IMG/VR virus record: IMGVR_UViG_3300033066_001528 | Span: 32,001-96,000 of that record | DNA length: 64,000 nucleotides | Direction: 5' to 3' (one strand) | From: a virus | Taxonomy: Duplodnaviria; Caudoviricetes | Shown: positions 45,274 through 54,196 of the stretch, one piece after another | Position numbering within the stretch: the first letter of the stretch is position 1 | Layout: the number at the start of each line of letters is the position of its first letter | Made by a program: the position numbers and the translations under genes | Notes under the pieces: generated by a model | Databases searched by the model: none | What the model was told of the DNA's origin: nothing | Seen by the model: only the letters and a program-made list of their open reading frames with translations

Positions 45274-46155
45274 TCAGCGAGTGACGGTGAGGCGAACGAG
45301 ACCCTTGGGGTTGTAGGCCCCAATACCGAGGTTCTCGAACATTGAGAAACCGATGGTGCGAGCCTTTGGATCGTCGGCACTCAGGACGGTCAGTTCGGTA
45401 CGAACGGGGATACGGCCAAACATCTCCGGTTCGCAACACACGTACACCGTTCCTGCGGGAACGAGACGCGAGGTGATAACCTGGGCTCCCCAGAGGGTAG
45501 CCTGAAGTCCGGTCTTGAGGAGAACAGCCTGCGATTCAATGTCGAGAATGTCCCGACCGAACTTACGGATGTCCGCGTAATCCCGTGCGTTCATAAAGAC
45601 GCGCGCAACCCGGAGGTCATGCCGCTCAATGAGTGCCCAAGCGTCAGCGAGAACTGCACCGTTAAGCGGAGCTACAACGGGGAGGTCTGGGTTGGTTCCA
45701 CCAGGAACGCTATCAAATCCGTTAACGGCGATAGCGTCAAGGACACCGAAGACACGTATATCTTCAGCGGCCTGAATGGAAGCCCGACCCAAATCTTGAG
45801 CGCGCTCGATCAAATCGAATCGACGCTCACGGATCTGGGTTAGTGGGATCTCTGGGTTCGAGGCAAGCTCAAACAGAGGGAAGATCACACGTCGTGGCTT
45901 GGTGATGGCGAGGATGTTCTCCCCTTCCTCACCGACCACGTATGCGGTTACATCCGGATCCTTGTCGTAGATTGGCAGAGCCCCATCGGGGAGCTGTTCA
46001 ACCAGGAAGGTCTTTCGACCAACGGACATATAGTCCCGACGAAGACGGAGTGGCTGAGTCATAGAAGCTGCCAGCTTCTGACGACCGGCTGCTGTCCGGA
46101 TGAAGTCACCAATCAAGGCTTGCTTGTTGGCGTTCTCAACATTAGGGTTAGTCAT
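45274..46155 (-). CDS. Major capsid protein (HK97 fold)
   Basis: Follows protease, scaffold and decoration genes; ED..VF, VFMN..Y.DIRK, LWGAQVITSR..P.G.VY, ENLGIG..NP.G pattern. Confidence 0.85.
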   Translation of the reverse strand: MTNPNVENANKQALIGDFIRTAAGRQKLAASMTQPLRLRRDYMSVGRKTFLVEQLPDGALPIYDKDPDVTAYVVGEEGENILAITKPRRVIFPLFELASNPEIPLTQIRERRFDLIERAQDLGRASIQAAEDIRVFGVLDAIAVNGFDSVPGGTNPDLPVVAPLNGAVLADAWALIERHDLRVARVFMNARDYADIRKFGRDILDIESQAVLLKTGLQATLWGAQVITSRLVPAGTVYVCCEPEMFGRIPVRTELTVLSADDPKARTIGFSMFENLGIGAYNPKGLVRLTVTR

Positions 46156-46198
46156 TGTAGTGTTCCTTGGTCCTTTTTGTGTACCTGTACGAGTCCTA

Positions 46199-46873
46199 TC
46201 AGATCCTCTGATCGTACACGATCTCGGTCTGTACCGAGTCCGGGGCCATCTTCAGGATGCCAATGACCGTGGAAGCGGTCGAACCACCCGCAACTTCTGC
46301 GGCGTTGTTTGCAACGTCAACCGTCACCCAAGCGCCACCGGAGAAAACTCTGGAAGGCATTAGGTAACCGTTGCGGCTTGCAATGAGACGGGAACCCGCC
46401 GTATAGGTAAATGCCGTACCAGCCGCAACACCACCCGTGAGGGCTAGGGTGTTGGTCTCATACAGCTTGTTCCCATAAGTTCCGCGAGCGGAAACATATG
46501 GTCCTTTGCCGGAAGCGGCAGCGGGAAGATTCTCATAAGCGTTCCCGCTCGCGTTGTTAATGAAAACACCGAGGGGGTTGATGAGAGTTCCGTCTACAGG
46601 AAGAACGAGACCCGCTTCGCGGGGCCCGCCAACGAAGTTCGTCCCGGCATCGGGACGAGAGAAAGCCACGGATCCGGAGAGAACTCCGAAAACTTCCGTA
46701 AGCGCACCGGGAGATGTCGAAACAGTTCCGGCAGTAGTAACAATTGGCGGGTTGGTCTGCGTAAATGCATCAGCAGTCAGAATCCCTACGGAGTTGCGAA
46801 CACCAACGTAGAGAATCCGAAGTGCCGAAGAACTTTCGGTCCAAGCACCGCTAGCCTGTCCAAGCAAAGGCAT
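46199..46873 (-). CDS. Putative head decoration/cement protein
   Basis: Gly/Ala/Thr-rich; immediately upstream of the MCP; PLGVFIN..G..YEN...ASGKGPY. Confidence 0.65.
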   Translation of the reverse strand: MPLLGQASGAWTESSSALRILYVGVRNSVGILTADAFTQTNPPIVTTAGTVSTSPGALTEVFGVLSGSVAFSRPDAGTNFVGGPREAGLVLPVDGTLINPLGVFINNASGNAYENLPAAASGKGPYVSARGTYGNKLYETNTLALTGGVAAGTAFTYTAGSRLIASRNGYLMPSRVFSGGAWVTVDVANNAAEVAGGSTASTVIGILKMAPDSVQTEIVYDQRI

Positions 46874-46991
46874 AATTTCTGTCCTAACCTTGTGCTCCCT
46901 GTTTTCAGGGTTAGCGTGTTTGTTCCCATCCTAATGCACCATTGCCAGGAGGGGGTTCAGCCGATAGGTGTGTGCTATTGGAACTCAAACG

Positions 46992-47035
46992 GAAAAAAGC
47001 TGAAGGGGGATGATATTTTCTATCATCCCCCTTCA
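46992..47035 (-). terminator. Intrinsic terminator after the scaffold gene
   Basis: 15-bp perfect stem tgaagggggatgata/tatcatcccccttca followed by GCTTTTTT. Confidence 0.8.
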
Positions 47036-47042
47036 CGTCCAA

Positions 47043-47063
47043 TTAGAGGATTGAATCCTCTAA
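47043..47063. promoter_or_regulatory. Perfect 10-1-10 palindrome
   Basis: ttagaggatt-g-aatcctctaa. Confidence 0.4.
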
Positions 47064-47070
47064 GCTAAAA

Positions 47071-48507
47071 TCACTTGAAGATTTCGCTGATGTTGGGAGC
47101 GGACTCCCAAAGCTTCGAGAGATTTTCCACGTCACGATCCGCGACAGCCGTTGGGACCGAACCAATGGCGCGAACACCATTGCTAGCCTTACGTGGCTGT
47201 GGCCTTACGGCAGCGGTCTTGTTGGAGCGGGCTTCTTTAGGTGTCTTCTCCTCTGCCTTCTCTTCCTTTACGTCGGATTTGGCAGCAGCATCTTCCTTCT
47301 TCTCGTCATCTCCGGCAAACTTGCTGCCGTAGAGGGAGTTGAGCTCCATGTCATCGAAACCACCATCATCAACGAGACCCATTGGGTCCTCATCAATTAC
47401 CACGTCCTCATCCACAACGGGAACACCATCGAGTACCGCATCATCAGCTAGCATGTCATCGAGCATCGCCTGCTCGTCGTCGCCCAGCATAGCTTCCTTG
47501 GCATCCTCCTTAGGGGCATCTTCCTTCAGCATTTCTGCCAGGAGAGCTTCGTCCTCGTCATCCTCATCCGAAGCCGTCATACCCTCATCAAGCATGGCCG
47601 CCAAAAGAGCCTCATCCTCATCATCTTCGGACGCACCCTTAGTCTCTTCGTCCAACATCGCAGCCAAAAGGGCTTCGTCCTCATCCCCAGCCAGATCCGC
47701 TAGTTTCCCCTGTTGACGGTAATTATAGTGCTTGGGGTCATTCTGGTCCCCGGGCATATCGGATGCCTTGCGTGAACGGGACCGTGCTTCCTTCTTGGTT
47801 TCGGACTTGTCCTCATCCTTGCTATCGGACTTGTCCTCATCCTTATCCCATTGCTTCTTAAAAGCCTCGGGAACCTCCCCGGCGGCTTTCGCAACACGAG
47901 TCCAATACTTAGCAAGACGTTGGAAGCGAGCTGCCTTCTTACCAGCAGTTTCCTCACCGGCTTCATCCTCATCGTCAGTATCTTCGTCTTCGTCAGCCTT
48001 TTTAGAAGAGGTCTTATCCTCGTCCTCTTCCACCATAAGGTCATCGGCTTCCTTGCCCTCTTCCTCGTCTTCGGCAAGGCGCTGAAGAGTGGCCTGGATC
48101 TGACGATCTGGGAGACTCATGAGATCAACGGCCTGATCTTCAATGGCAAGTTGAGGGGCACCCTGACCCAGCATGGCGCTAGCAATTCGAATGCACTTTG
48201 CAGCCTTCTTCTCCATCGCCTTAACGAGGCTAGCGGAAACACCACGTGGGAAATAGTGCTTTGGATCGGTGGCCGGATGGCCTTGAGGCTCATCGGTGCC
48301 AGGAAGAGCAGGGTGAGCGCTGTTCGGGTAAGGACCTTTGGTTGGGTCCTCCGCCCAGGAGGACGTGTCACCGTTCTCGTAATCATGAGGGCCGGGATCC
48401 TCATAAGCTGCAGGATGGTCTAACGTCTCCGGCTCATTATAGCCAGGAGTTGCTGGACCGGGGGAAGCTTTGCGATTGGTCTTGGCCCAGGTAAGTCTGG
48501 TTCTCAT
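47071..48507 (-). CDS. Putative capsid scaffolding protein (very acidic)
   Basis: Lies between protease and decoration/MCP; repeated DEDEALLAAML; many K/R-x-A motifs; ATGA overlap at 48507. Confidence 0.7.
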   Translation of the reverse strand: MRTRLTWAKTNRKASPGPATPGYNEPETLDHPAAYEDPGPHDYENGDTSSWAEDPTKGPYPNSAHPALPGTDEPQGHPATDPKHYFPRGVSASLVKAMEKKAAKCIRIASAMLGQGAPQLAIEDQAVDLMSLPDRQIQATLQRLAEDEEEGKEADDLMVEEDEDKTSSKKADEDEDTDDEDEAGEETAGKKAARFQRLAKYWTRVAKAAGEVPEAFKKQWDKDEDKSDSKDEDKSETKKEARSRSRKASDMPGDQNDPKHYNYRQQGKLADLAGDEDEALLAAMLDEETKGASEDDEDEALLAAMLDEGMTASDEDDEDEALLAEMLKEDAPKEDAKEAMLGDDEQAMLDDMLADDAVLDGVPVVDEDVVIDEDPMGLVDDGGFDDMELNSLYGSKFAGDDEKKEDAAAKSDVKEEKAEEKTPKEARSNKTAAVRPQPRKASNGVRAIGSVPTAVADRDVENLSKLWESAPNISEIFK

Positions 48508-49955
48508 TTGATTTCCTTCTGTTTCCCGTCGGCAAGCCGACTTTGATGTGCTGACATGACGGCTCCAATACGAATGATAGATTTGATTTCCGGTGATGTG
48601 GGTGCCCTGTTTAGGGCTTTGCCGCAAGCATCCAGAAATTGTTGGAAGCTACCATATCGATTAGAGGGTCCAACCCGTAGGGCGGCCGAATAGACAGTTT
48701 GTGGAACTGAAATACCAAAAACGGTATTAAGACCCTCTACCCGCCTCACAACATCGGCTGTTGTTTTAGCCGTAGCTACAATCATCCTAAGAGAAGACCG
48801 ATAGAGCCCACCCTGTTTGATGATAGTGTCATTGGGTGAATCTGAAGAAGGTATAGAAGGTACTGGACCCTGTAATTGGTCCCGCACCCGCTTCTTAACT
48901 CTATCCACAAGAGCGTTAGTTAGCTCCGTCTCCGCGTCATCAAGGATCCCCTTGGATGGCTTAGGTGATTCCTTTTTCTCACCATCCAAATTGGCGGGCT
49001 CCCCAAATGGGTTCTCGTCCGGCTGGTACCCCTCATCCTCGGACCCAATCTTCAAATCCCGAGCTACTTTCTGAAAAGCCGTATGGACCACTTCGGGAGG
49101 GGCGGTGGTAAAAATCTTCTCCAAAAGGGCAGCGGTACGAGCCGAGTCTTTAGAGCTTATTGAAATAACATTCCGTGCCACAGCCCCTTTGAAGGCCGGG
49201 ACTTCCACCCAGGAAGCCTCAATAAATTTAACCCCTCCGGTGGGCTCAATTCCCTCATAGCCGCAGAGCTCTGCAATTCTGTGCTTCCGACCCGACTCAT
49301 CAAAAAAAGTATTGCCCTTCTCGTGAAGAACATGTGTACACATTTCGGTTTCATCGGCCGCCCAATTACCGCATTTTGTGCATATGGAGCCGTCAATCGA
49401 GCAACCCATTGAAAGAGTGCTAATTCTCCCGCTCTCTATGTCTTCAATGAGTTGAGTATGCTTTCTGTCATTCGCGACGAGAATGTCAACATATAGGCTG
49501 TCACCTATATCTCTAGCAACGGCATCAAGGATTCTCCCCTTGGAGAGCTCCTCAATCTGGACATGCTCAAGAAACGAATGGCCACCGATGAAAGTTGGAT
49601 AAGACTTGAGGAGGACAGGACGGGAGAAAGCATCAAGGTTGTTGTTGATGTAAATATCACACTCTGGCTTCACCCGATAGGAAGCGGTTTTACGAACAAC
49701 CTTTTTTCCCCCAACAACAATAGACCCAATCTTCTCTCCCGGCACGGCTACTGTGTCTACGCTTGCGACAATAGTAGCGTGTGTCAGAAGGTACTTCGAG
49801 GGGTCAAATTCGGAGCCGAGAATTTTAGAGGCTTGGGTGACAAGATTGCGATCGGCTCTAACTTTTCCGCTAGCCACTCGAATATTGTCCCAACCCCCGT
49901 TGTTGAGATTGGTGGTTTTGACAACTCTTGCATTTGCATATCGCAGAAAAGGCAT
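48504..49955 (-). CDS. Prohead maturation protease with a Zn-ribbon insertion
   Basis: LEH...KGRILDA, LSMGC..CTKC..C.H, FIEASWVEVPAF (HK97/herpes-like protease pattern). Confidence 0.8.
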   Translation of the reverse strand: MPFLRYANARVVKTTNLNNGGWDNIRVASGKVRADRNLVTQASKILGSEFDPSKYLLTHATIVASVDTVAVPGEKIGSIVVGGKKVVRKTASYRVKPECDIYINNNLDAFSRPVLLKSYPTFIGGHSFLEHVQIEELSKGRILDAVARDIGDSLYVDILVANDRKHTQLIEDIESGRISTLSMGCSIDGSICTKCGNWAADETEMCTHVLHEKGNTFFDESGRKHRIAELCGYEGIEPTGGVKFIEASWVEVPAFKGAVARNVISISSKDSARTAALLEKIFTTAPPEVVHTAFQKVARDLKIGSEDEGYQPDENPFGEPANLDGEKKESPKPSKGILDDAETELTNALVDRVKKRVRDQLQGPVPSIPSSDSPNDTIIKQGGLYRSSLRMIVATAKTTADVVRRVEGLNTVFGISVPQTVYSAALRVGPSNRYGSFQQFLDACGKALNRAPTSPEIKSIIRIGAVMSAHQSRLADGKQKEIK

Positions 49956-49962
49956 GTAGAAC

Positions 49963-50484
49963 CTACTCCCCTAAACCCATGATGTCATCCCGGCGAACCA
50001 AAAACAGACATTCGGGACAACAGAACAACTTAACGGATTTACCGTCTTCTTTTTTGTAGACAACGTTGCGAAGAAGTGCCTCTTCGCAACGAGGGCAGCA
50101 ATACTCTCCGCTAGCAGTTTCCTGCTTTGTTGGTCGATATTGCCTGTTCTTTCCTGCCCAGTAGACGGCTTGCTTAAGAAATTTCGAGGCCACCCGTTGA
50201 GGACATGGCCCACCAGAAACGGATACGGTTGCTCCACCAGGAACGGGATCGTGGAGAGGGATTCTCTCCGGGCTATCCTTACCGATGAAAAGCTCTTCCA
50301 CCGGATATCTTGTAGCACCGTAGGGAAAAGCTACATCCACCATGCCGATAGCAGGCCAGACGGCAACAACCGTCCCCGCATAATGCGGATTGCCGGTTAA
50401 AACCGGATAAACCGTGTCGCCCACTTTGAAGTCACATGCGCGCTCCTGATAATGGACATCGGCTCTTCGATTGCTGCCGCCCAT
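49963..50484 (-). CDS. SH3-like + Zn-ribbon protein
   Basis: VGDTVYP...GTVVAV..., RVASKFLKQA linker, CPRC...CPEC. Confidence 0.65.
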   Translation of the reverse strand: MGGSNRRADVHYQERACDFKVGDTVYPVLTGNPHYAGTVVAVWPAIGMVDVAFPYGATRYPVEELFIGKDSPERIPLHDPVPGGATVSVSGGPCPQRVASKFLKQAVYWAGKNRQYRPTKQETASGEYCCPRCEEALLRNVVYKKEDGKSVKLFCCPECLFLVRRDDIMGLGE

Positions 50485-50498
50485 ATAGCCCCCAGCCC

Positions 50499-53400
50499 TT
50501 ATAGATAAAGACTAAAAAGGGAAGCTACCTTTTCCGCTTCATCGGACTCATCCGCTTCAGCAGCCTTCTCGTCTTCCTCTTTCTTCTCATCTTCCGCAGC
50601 CCTCCTGGACTTGGAAGCCTTCTTCTCTTCCTTTTTGTCCTCGGGCTTCTCTTCCGCTGCGTCAGACTTGTCACTCTCTTTTTCGCCCTCTTCCATTTCG
50701 GCAAGAACACGAAGAGTGGCTTCTTTCACAGCCTTGTTAAGAAGAGCCGCAAGCTTAGGATCCGCCTTATGTGCCGCCGCATTAGAGGCAAGCGACCCTG
50801 ATTCTTGTTTGGCGTCGAGTTGCTCGAAGTTGGCTTGGGTGAAATGACCTGCCATAAACTTCTGGGAAGGATCGTTTACGAGGGGGCCAGGAACCTTCTT
50901 CCCAATCGTAGAAGCATCAAATTGACCCTTCTTCTGGAGGAAATCGGAAACCCTGTCACAACGTTCCGCCATATCCATGGCGACCTTTGGGTGAATGCCA
51001 AGAGCTTCGTGATGCTCCTGGAAGAGAGTGGCCACGTTATCAAGTGTAGCAACAACGCGCCGAATACCTTCTGCTGATGCCTTTTTCTTCATGATTTGGT
51101 TCCTTGAGATAGGGAGTACCATCCGATAGCTTGGACGAATAGTCGAATGATTGAAAGCCATAATTTTCTTGCCGCGCATCTTCATGAGTTGAAGAAGCCA
51201 CCACGGAGTTTTCCCCTTGCTGGATCCTGGACCATTAGGGGTTTTTCCCCCTTTAGACCCTGGTACCTCGTCTCCCGGCTCACCCTCGGCATCGGCATCA
51301 TTCAGGATAGCATTAACCACACTTTGCCGTAAAAAAGCTGCCTGTTCATTAGAGAGGGCCGAACGACCACCCTTAGCCGGATCCTCATAGACCCCCGATT
51401 TCAGGGGCCCTAACATATCTTTCACTCTGTCCGGAGCATAGTCCTCTAAAGTGGCAACAAAATCATCGTCACTCATTGCCGCCATAGCATTATGAACTGC
51501 CTTCCGATATTTAGGAGACTCGGGACCCTCGGCCAGATCAAATATATAGTTGGACCCAGGGTCCACTTTACGAAGAGCCTTCACTAACCCCGTAGTCAAC
51601 CCTTTTTCTCCCCGTAGATGTTTGGAGACTTTCAGAGCCGACAACTCATCCGCCAAATCCTGACGTTGAGACTTCAAGTCATCGGATACCTCATCCCCGG
51701 CTTCCTGGATCTGCTTGTCTAAAGCAGCCAGATCGGATTCCAGTTTACCGCCAAGGGTATCTACAATATCTGGAGGAAGATATTCAAACTTATCCAAAGC
51801 CCTATGGCGAAACCCATCCCCCTCGTCCTTTTTTCGAGTCAAAGGGGATGTCATTTTTGCAAGCACTGACAAAGCGGCATGGTGCCTTGCAACACTTGCG
51901 ATAATATCCTCATTAGCCTTATCCAGCTCTTTACGGGCATCGTCCAAACCATCGTAAGTCTCCTGGGCTTTTGCCAAGTCGTCTTGAGCTTCCTGCAAGT
52001 CCTCTTCAGAAGACTCATATTTGGATTGCATGTCCTGAACCAACTTCTGAAGCTTCTTCAACCGTCCTTTCACGGCATCGGTGTTTTTACTTTCCTCATC
52101 CAGGAGGTCGTCTACCTCCTTCTGAGTTGTTTTCAGCACATCCTCGGCTTCTTTCAAGTCATTAAGAGCTTTGTCCCGACGTTGCTGAGAGGACTGAAAT
52201 GCCTTCTTAGACTTTTTGAGTTGGGATTTAGCCCCCTCGATCTCTTTGTGGAGACTATCCCTATCCCGGATGGCGGTTTCAATCTCCTTCTTTGATTTTT
52301 CGGGGGAGAAACCCTCTTTCCCCAACCATTTTACAACGGAACGAAAGTCCCCAGTGTCCAAGGCTCTTGCAACGTCGTCTTGGGCTCTTTGGCTTTCTTC
52401 TTTGATGGCATCAACCACCCTACGCCCAAGATCGGGATCCCCATCCGATACTTGACCGTGAAGCTTCTGCAAATCTCTGGCATCCTCTACGGATAGTCCT
52501 TTTTTAAGGTCACCAAGGTCCCGAGACCCATCGTCTCCCTTTGGTTTGGGAGCATCCTTTTTAGGTGAGTCCCCGTTACCGGAATCCTTTTTGTCACCAG
52601 ATGAGTCACTATCCTTAGGGGGGGAACCATCCGGGGTTTTGTCCCCCTTTCCTTTGGTGTCACCATCGTCAGACTCACCGTCATCCTTTTTAGGATTTTT
52701 CACGGAGTGGTTTTTTGGGTCAGCGTCTGGATGGTCCTTAAGGTAGGCATCCAAATCCTCCTGCGTTGGAAACTCCAATGCTCGAAGATATCGTGAAGCA
52801 ACCCTTTTATAGTTGAGACTTAGATCCCTATCCTCGCTAGATGTGTCCGGGTCACTATCTACAATTTGATGTTTTTGAAGGTCCTTACGGGGTGGCTTTT
52901 TCTTCGGAGCAGAGTTGACCATATCCGCGACTTGGTCATCCTCTTTCTCAGCCTGAGTCTTTGTCCCGTAAACAAGAACTGATCCCTTCTTATTCAGTTC
53001 CTTAAGGATGGTACCATCGTGGACGTAGGACTCTTCTAAGTTGGGAACAAGATACTGGCTCTTAAGGGTTGATGCCCCGTGCCCAACAATCTCAGCCACG
53101 GTCTCCAAAGCCTTTTTGAACTCGGCCTTGAGAATCTTATCTTTCTCTTTTCGATCACGTGGTAGGTTCTTGGGGCCATTTTTCCGCACTTCGGTCAGAG
53201 CCTTACACATTTCCTGGTTTGCCCTGAAACCGCGGATATCCTTAGCCGTGATGTCAAACTCTTTAAGGTAAGCGTTGACATCCTCTGGATCAACACCCAC
53301 ATCACCATCCTCCAAGAGACGATCCGTACCTTTCTTTCCCTTAAGGGCCTTTTTGAGAGCCGTTAAAGTTGGGCCGGATTCAACAACTTTCTCGTGATCT

Positions 53401-53792
53401 ACGCCTGATTTCCCAACATACGTGATCGTGGCTTTGTCGCCTCTAACTTTAATATGATCCGCGGTCCACCCTGTCACCCCATAATGACCATCCTCTGCAC
53501 TATCATGGTTACCAACGCGCTCCATTGTGCAGTCCATAAGGGCAACGGCCAAAGCCGTAAGTCTCTTGTGTGGGTCTTCACAAGTCAAATCCTTTTTGAC
53601 TTTTGCCCGTAAGTCAGAAATACTCTTACGGAGACCCTCCACTCTGTCAGCCTTTTCTCGATTCCTATTGGAAACCTGACGGTCGGAATAGACATAGACA
53701 ATTGTCTCTCCCCCGTCCTGGGACTTGACCTTCTTCTTTTCTTTGTACTGGGCGTACCGAAGGGCCACCACTGCTGATAGGGGAATACCCAT
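50499..53792 (-). CDS. Type IB DNA topoisomerase catalytic domain fused to long charged/coiled-coil regions
   Basis: RVGN, YVGKSGV, KDIRGFRAN and VGH...KSQYL give the R-K-R-H-Y pentad; about 800-aa C-terminal extension. Confidence 0.85.
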   Translation of the reverse strand: MGIPLSAVVALRYAQYKEKKKVKSQDGGETIVYVYSDRQVSNRNREKADRVEGLRKSISDLRAKVKKDLTCEDPHKRLTALAVALMDCTMERVGNHDSAEDGHYGVTGWTADHIKVRGDKATITYVGKSGVDHEKVVESGPTLTALKKALKGKKGTDRLLEDGDVGVDPEDVNAYLKEFDITAKDIRGFRANQEMCKALTEVRKNGPKNLPRDRKEKDKILKAEFKKALETVAEIVGHGASTLKSQYLVPNLEESYVHDGTILKELNKKGSVLVYGTKTQAEKEDDQVADMVNSAPKKKPPRKDLQKHQIVDSDPDTSSEDRDLSLNYKRVASRYLRALEFPTQEDLDAYLKDHPDADPKNHSVKNPKKDDGESDDGDTKGKGDKTPDGSPPKDSDSSGDKKDSGNGDSPKKDAPKPKGDDGSRDLGDLKKGLSVEDARDLQKLHGQVSDGDPDLGRRVVDAIKEESQRAQDDVARALDTGDFRSVVKWLGKEGFSPEKSKKEIETAIRDRDSLHKEIEGAKSQLKKSKKAFQSSQQRRDKALNDLKEAEDVLKTTQKEVDDLLDEESKNTDAVKGRLKKLQKLVQDMQSKYESSEEDLQEAQDDLAKAQETYDGLDDARKELDKANEDIIASVARHHAALSVLAKMTSPLTRKKDEGDGFRHRALDKFEYLPPDIVDTLGGKLESDLAALDKQIQEAGDEVSDDLKSQRQDLADELSALKVSKHLRGEKGLTTGLVKALRKVDPGSNYIFDLAEGPESPKYRKAVHNAMAAMSDDDFVATLEDYAPDRVKDMLGPLKSGVYEDPAKGGRSALSNEQAAFLRQSVVNAILNDADAEGEPGDEVPGSKGGKTPNGPGSSKGKTPWWLLQLMKMRGKKIMAFNHSTIRPSYRMVLPISRNQIMKKKASAEGIRRVVATLDNVATLFQEHHEALGIHPKVAMDMAERCDRVSDFLQKKGQFDASTIGKKVPGPLVNDPSQKFMAGHFTQANFEQLDAKQESGSLASNAAAHKADPKLAALLNKAVKEATLRVLAEMEEGEKESDKSDAAEEKPEDKKEEKKASKSRRAAEDEKKEEDEKAAEADESDEAEKVASLFSLYL

Positions 53793-53822
53793 GTCGGAGT
53801 GGGGTTTATGGGGGGAATACCG

Positions 53823-54170
53823 CTAGAGACTGAGATCAATTCGGTATCTAAACAAAGCGTCCGGACGCTTTGCAAAAGTAATGGACCCACCTTCGCCCAT
53901 ATCATAAACAATCACCGATCCACCATTGGCGACATTTGAGGACACCTGTTTGAACCCCAAAGCCTTCACCGTTTGAAGGACACGAACGAAAGAAGCGGTG
54001 ACATTCCCCTCCCAATGAGCTTGGTTCGATTCCACAATAGTCCCCACGGGGAATTCTAGTGTTTTCAAGAACTCATGGGTGAGGGAGGAGGTTTTGAGTA
54101 GGGGTAAAAGGTGTGGCCTAAGGGAAGGTTTTTGGTAAGCCAATCGAATAAGGTTAGATCGGAGAGTCAT
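53823..54170 (-). CDS. Leader-tagged small protein
   Basis: MTLRSNLIRLAYQKPSLRPHLLPLLKTSS. Confidence 0.8.
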   Translation of the reverse strand: MTLRSNLIRLAYQKPSLRPHLLPLLKTSSLTHEFLKTLEFPVGTIVESNQAHWEGNVTASFVRVLQTVKALGFKQVSSNVANGGSVIVYDMGEGGSITFAKRPDALFRYRIDLSL

Positions 54171-54196
54171 GAGGGGCTACCAACTAGGTACTTGAA

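Noticed and set aside
45274-46155. Encapsulin nanocompartment rather than phage capsid
   Set aside because: Adjacent protease, scaffold, portal and terminase genes show a genuine phage head module.
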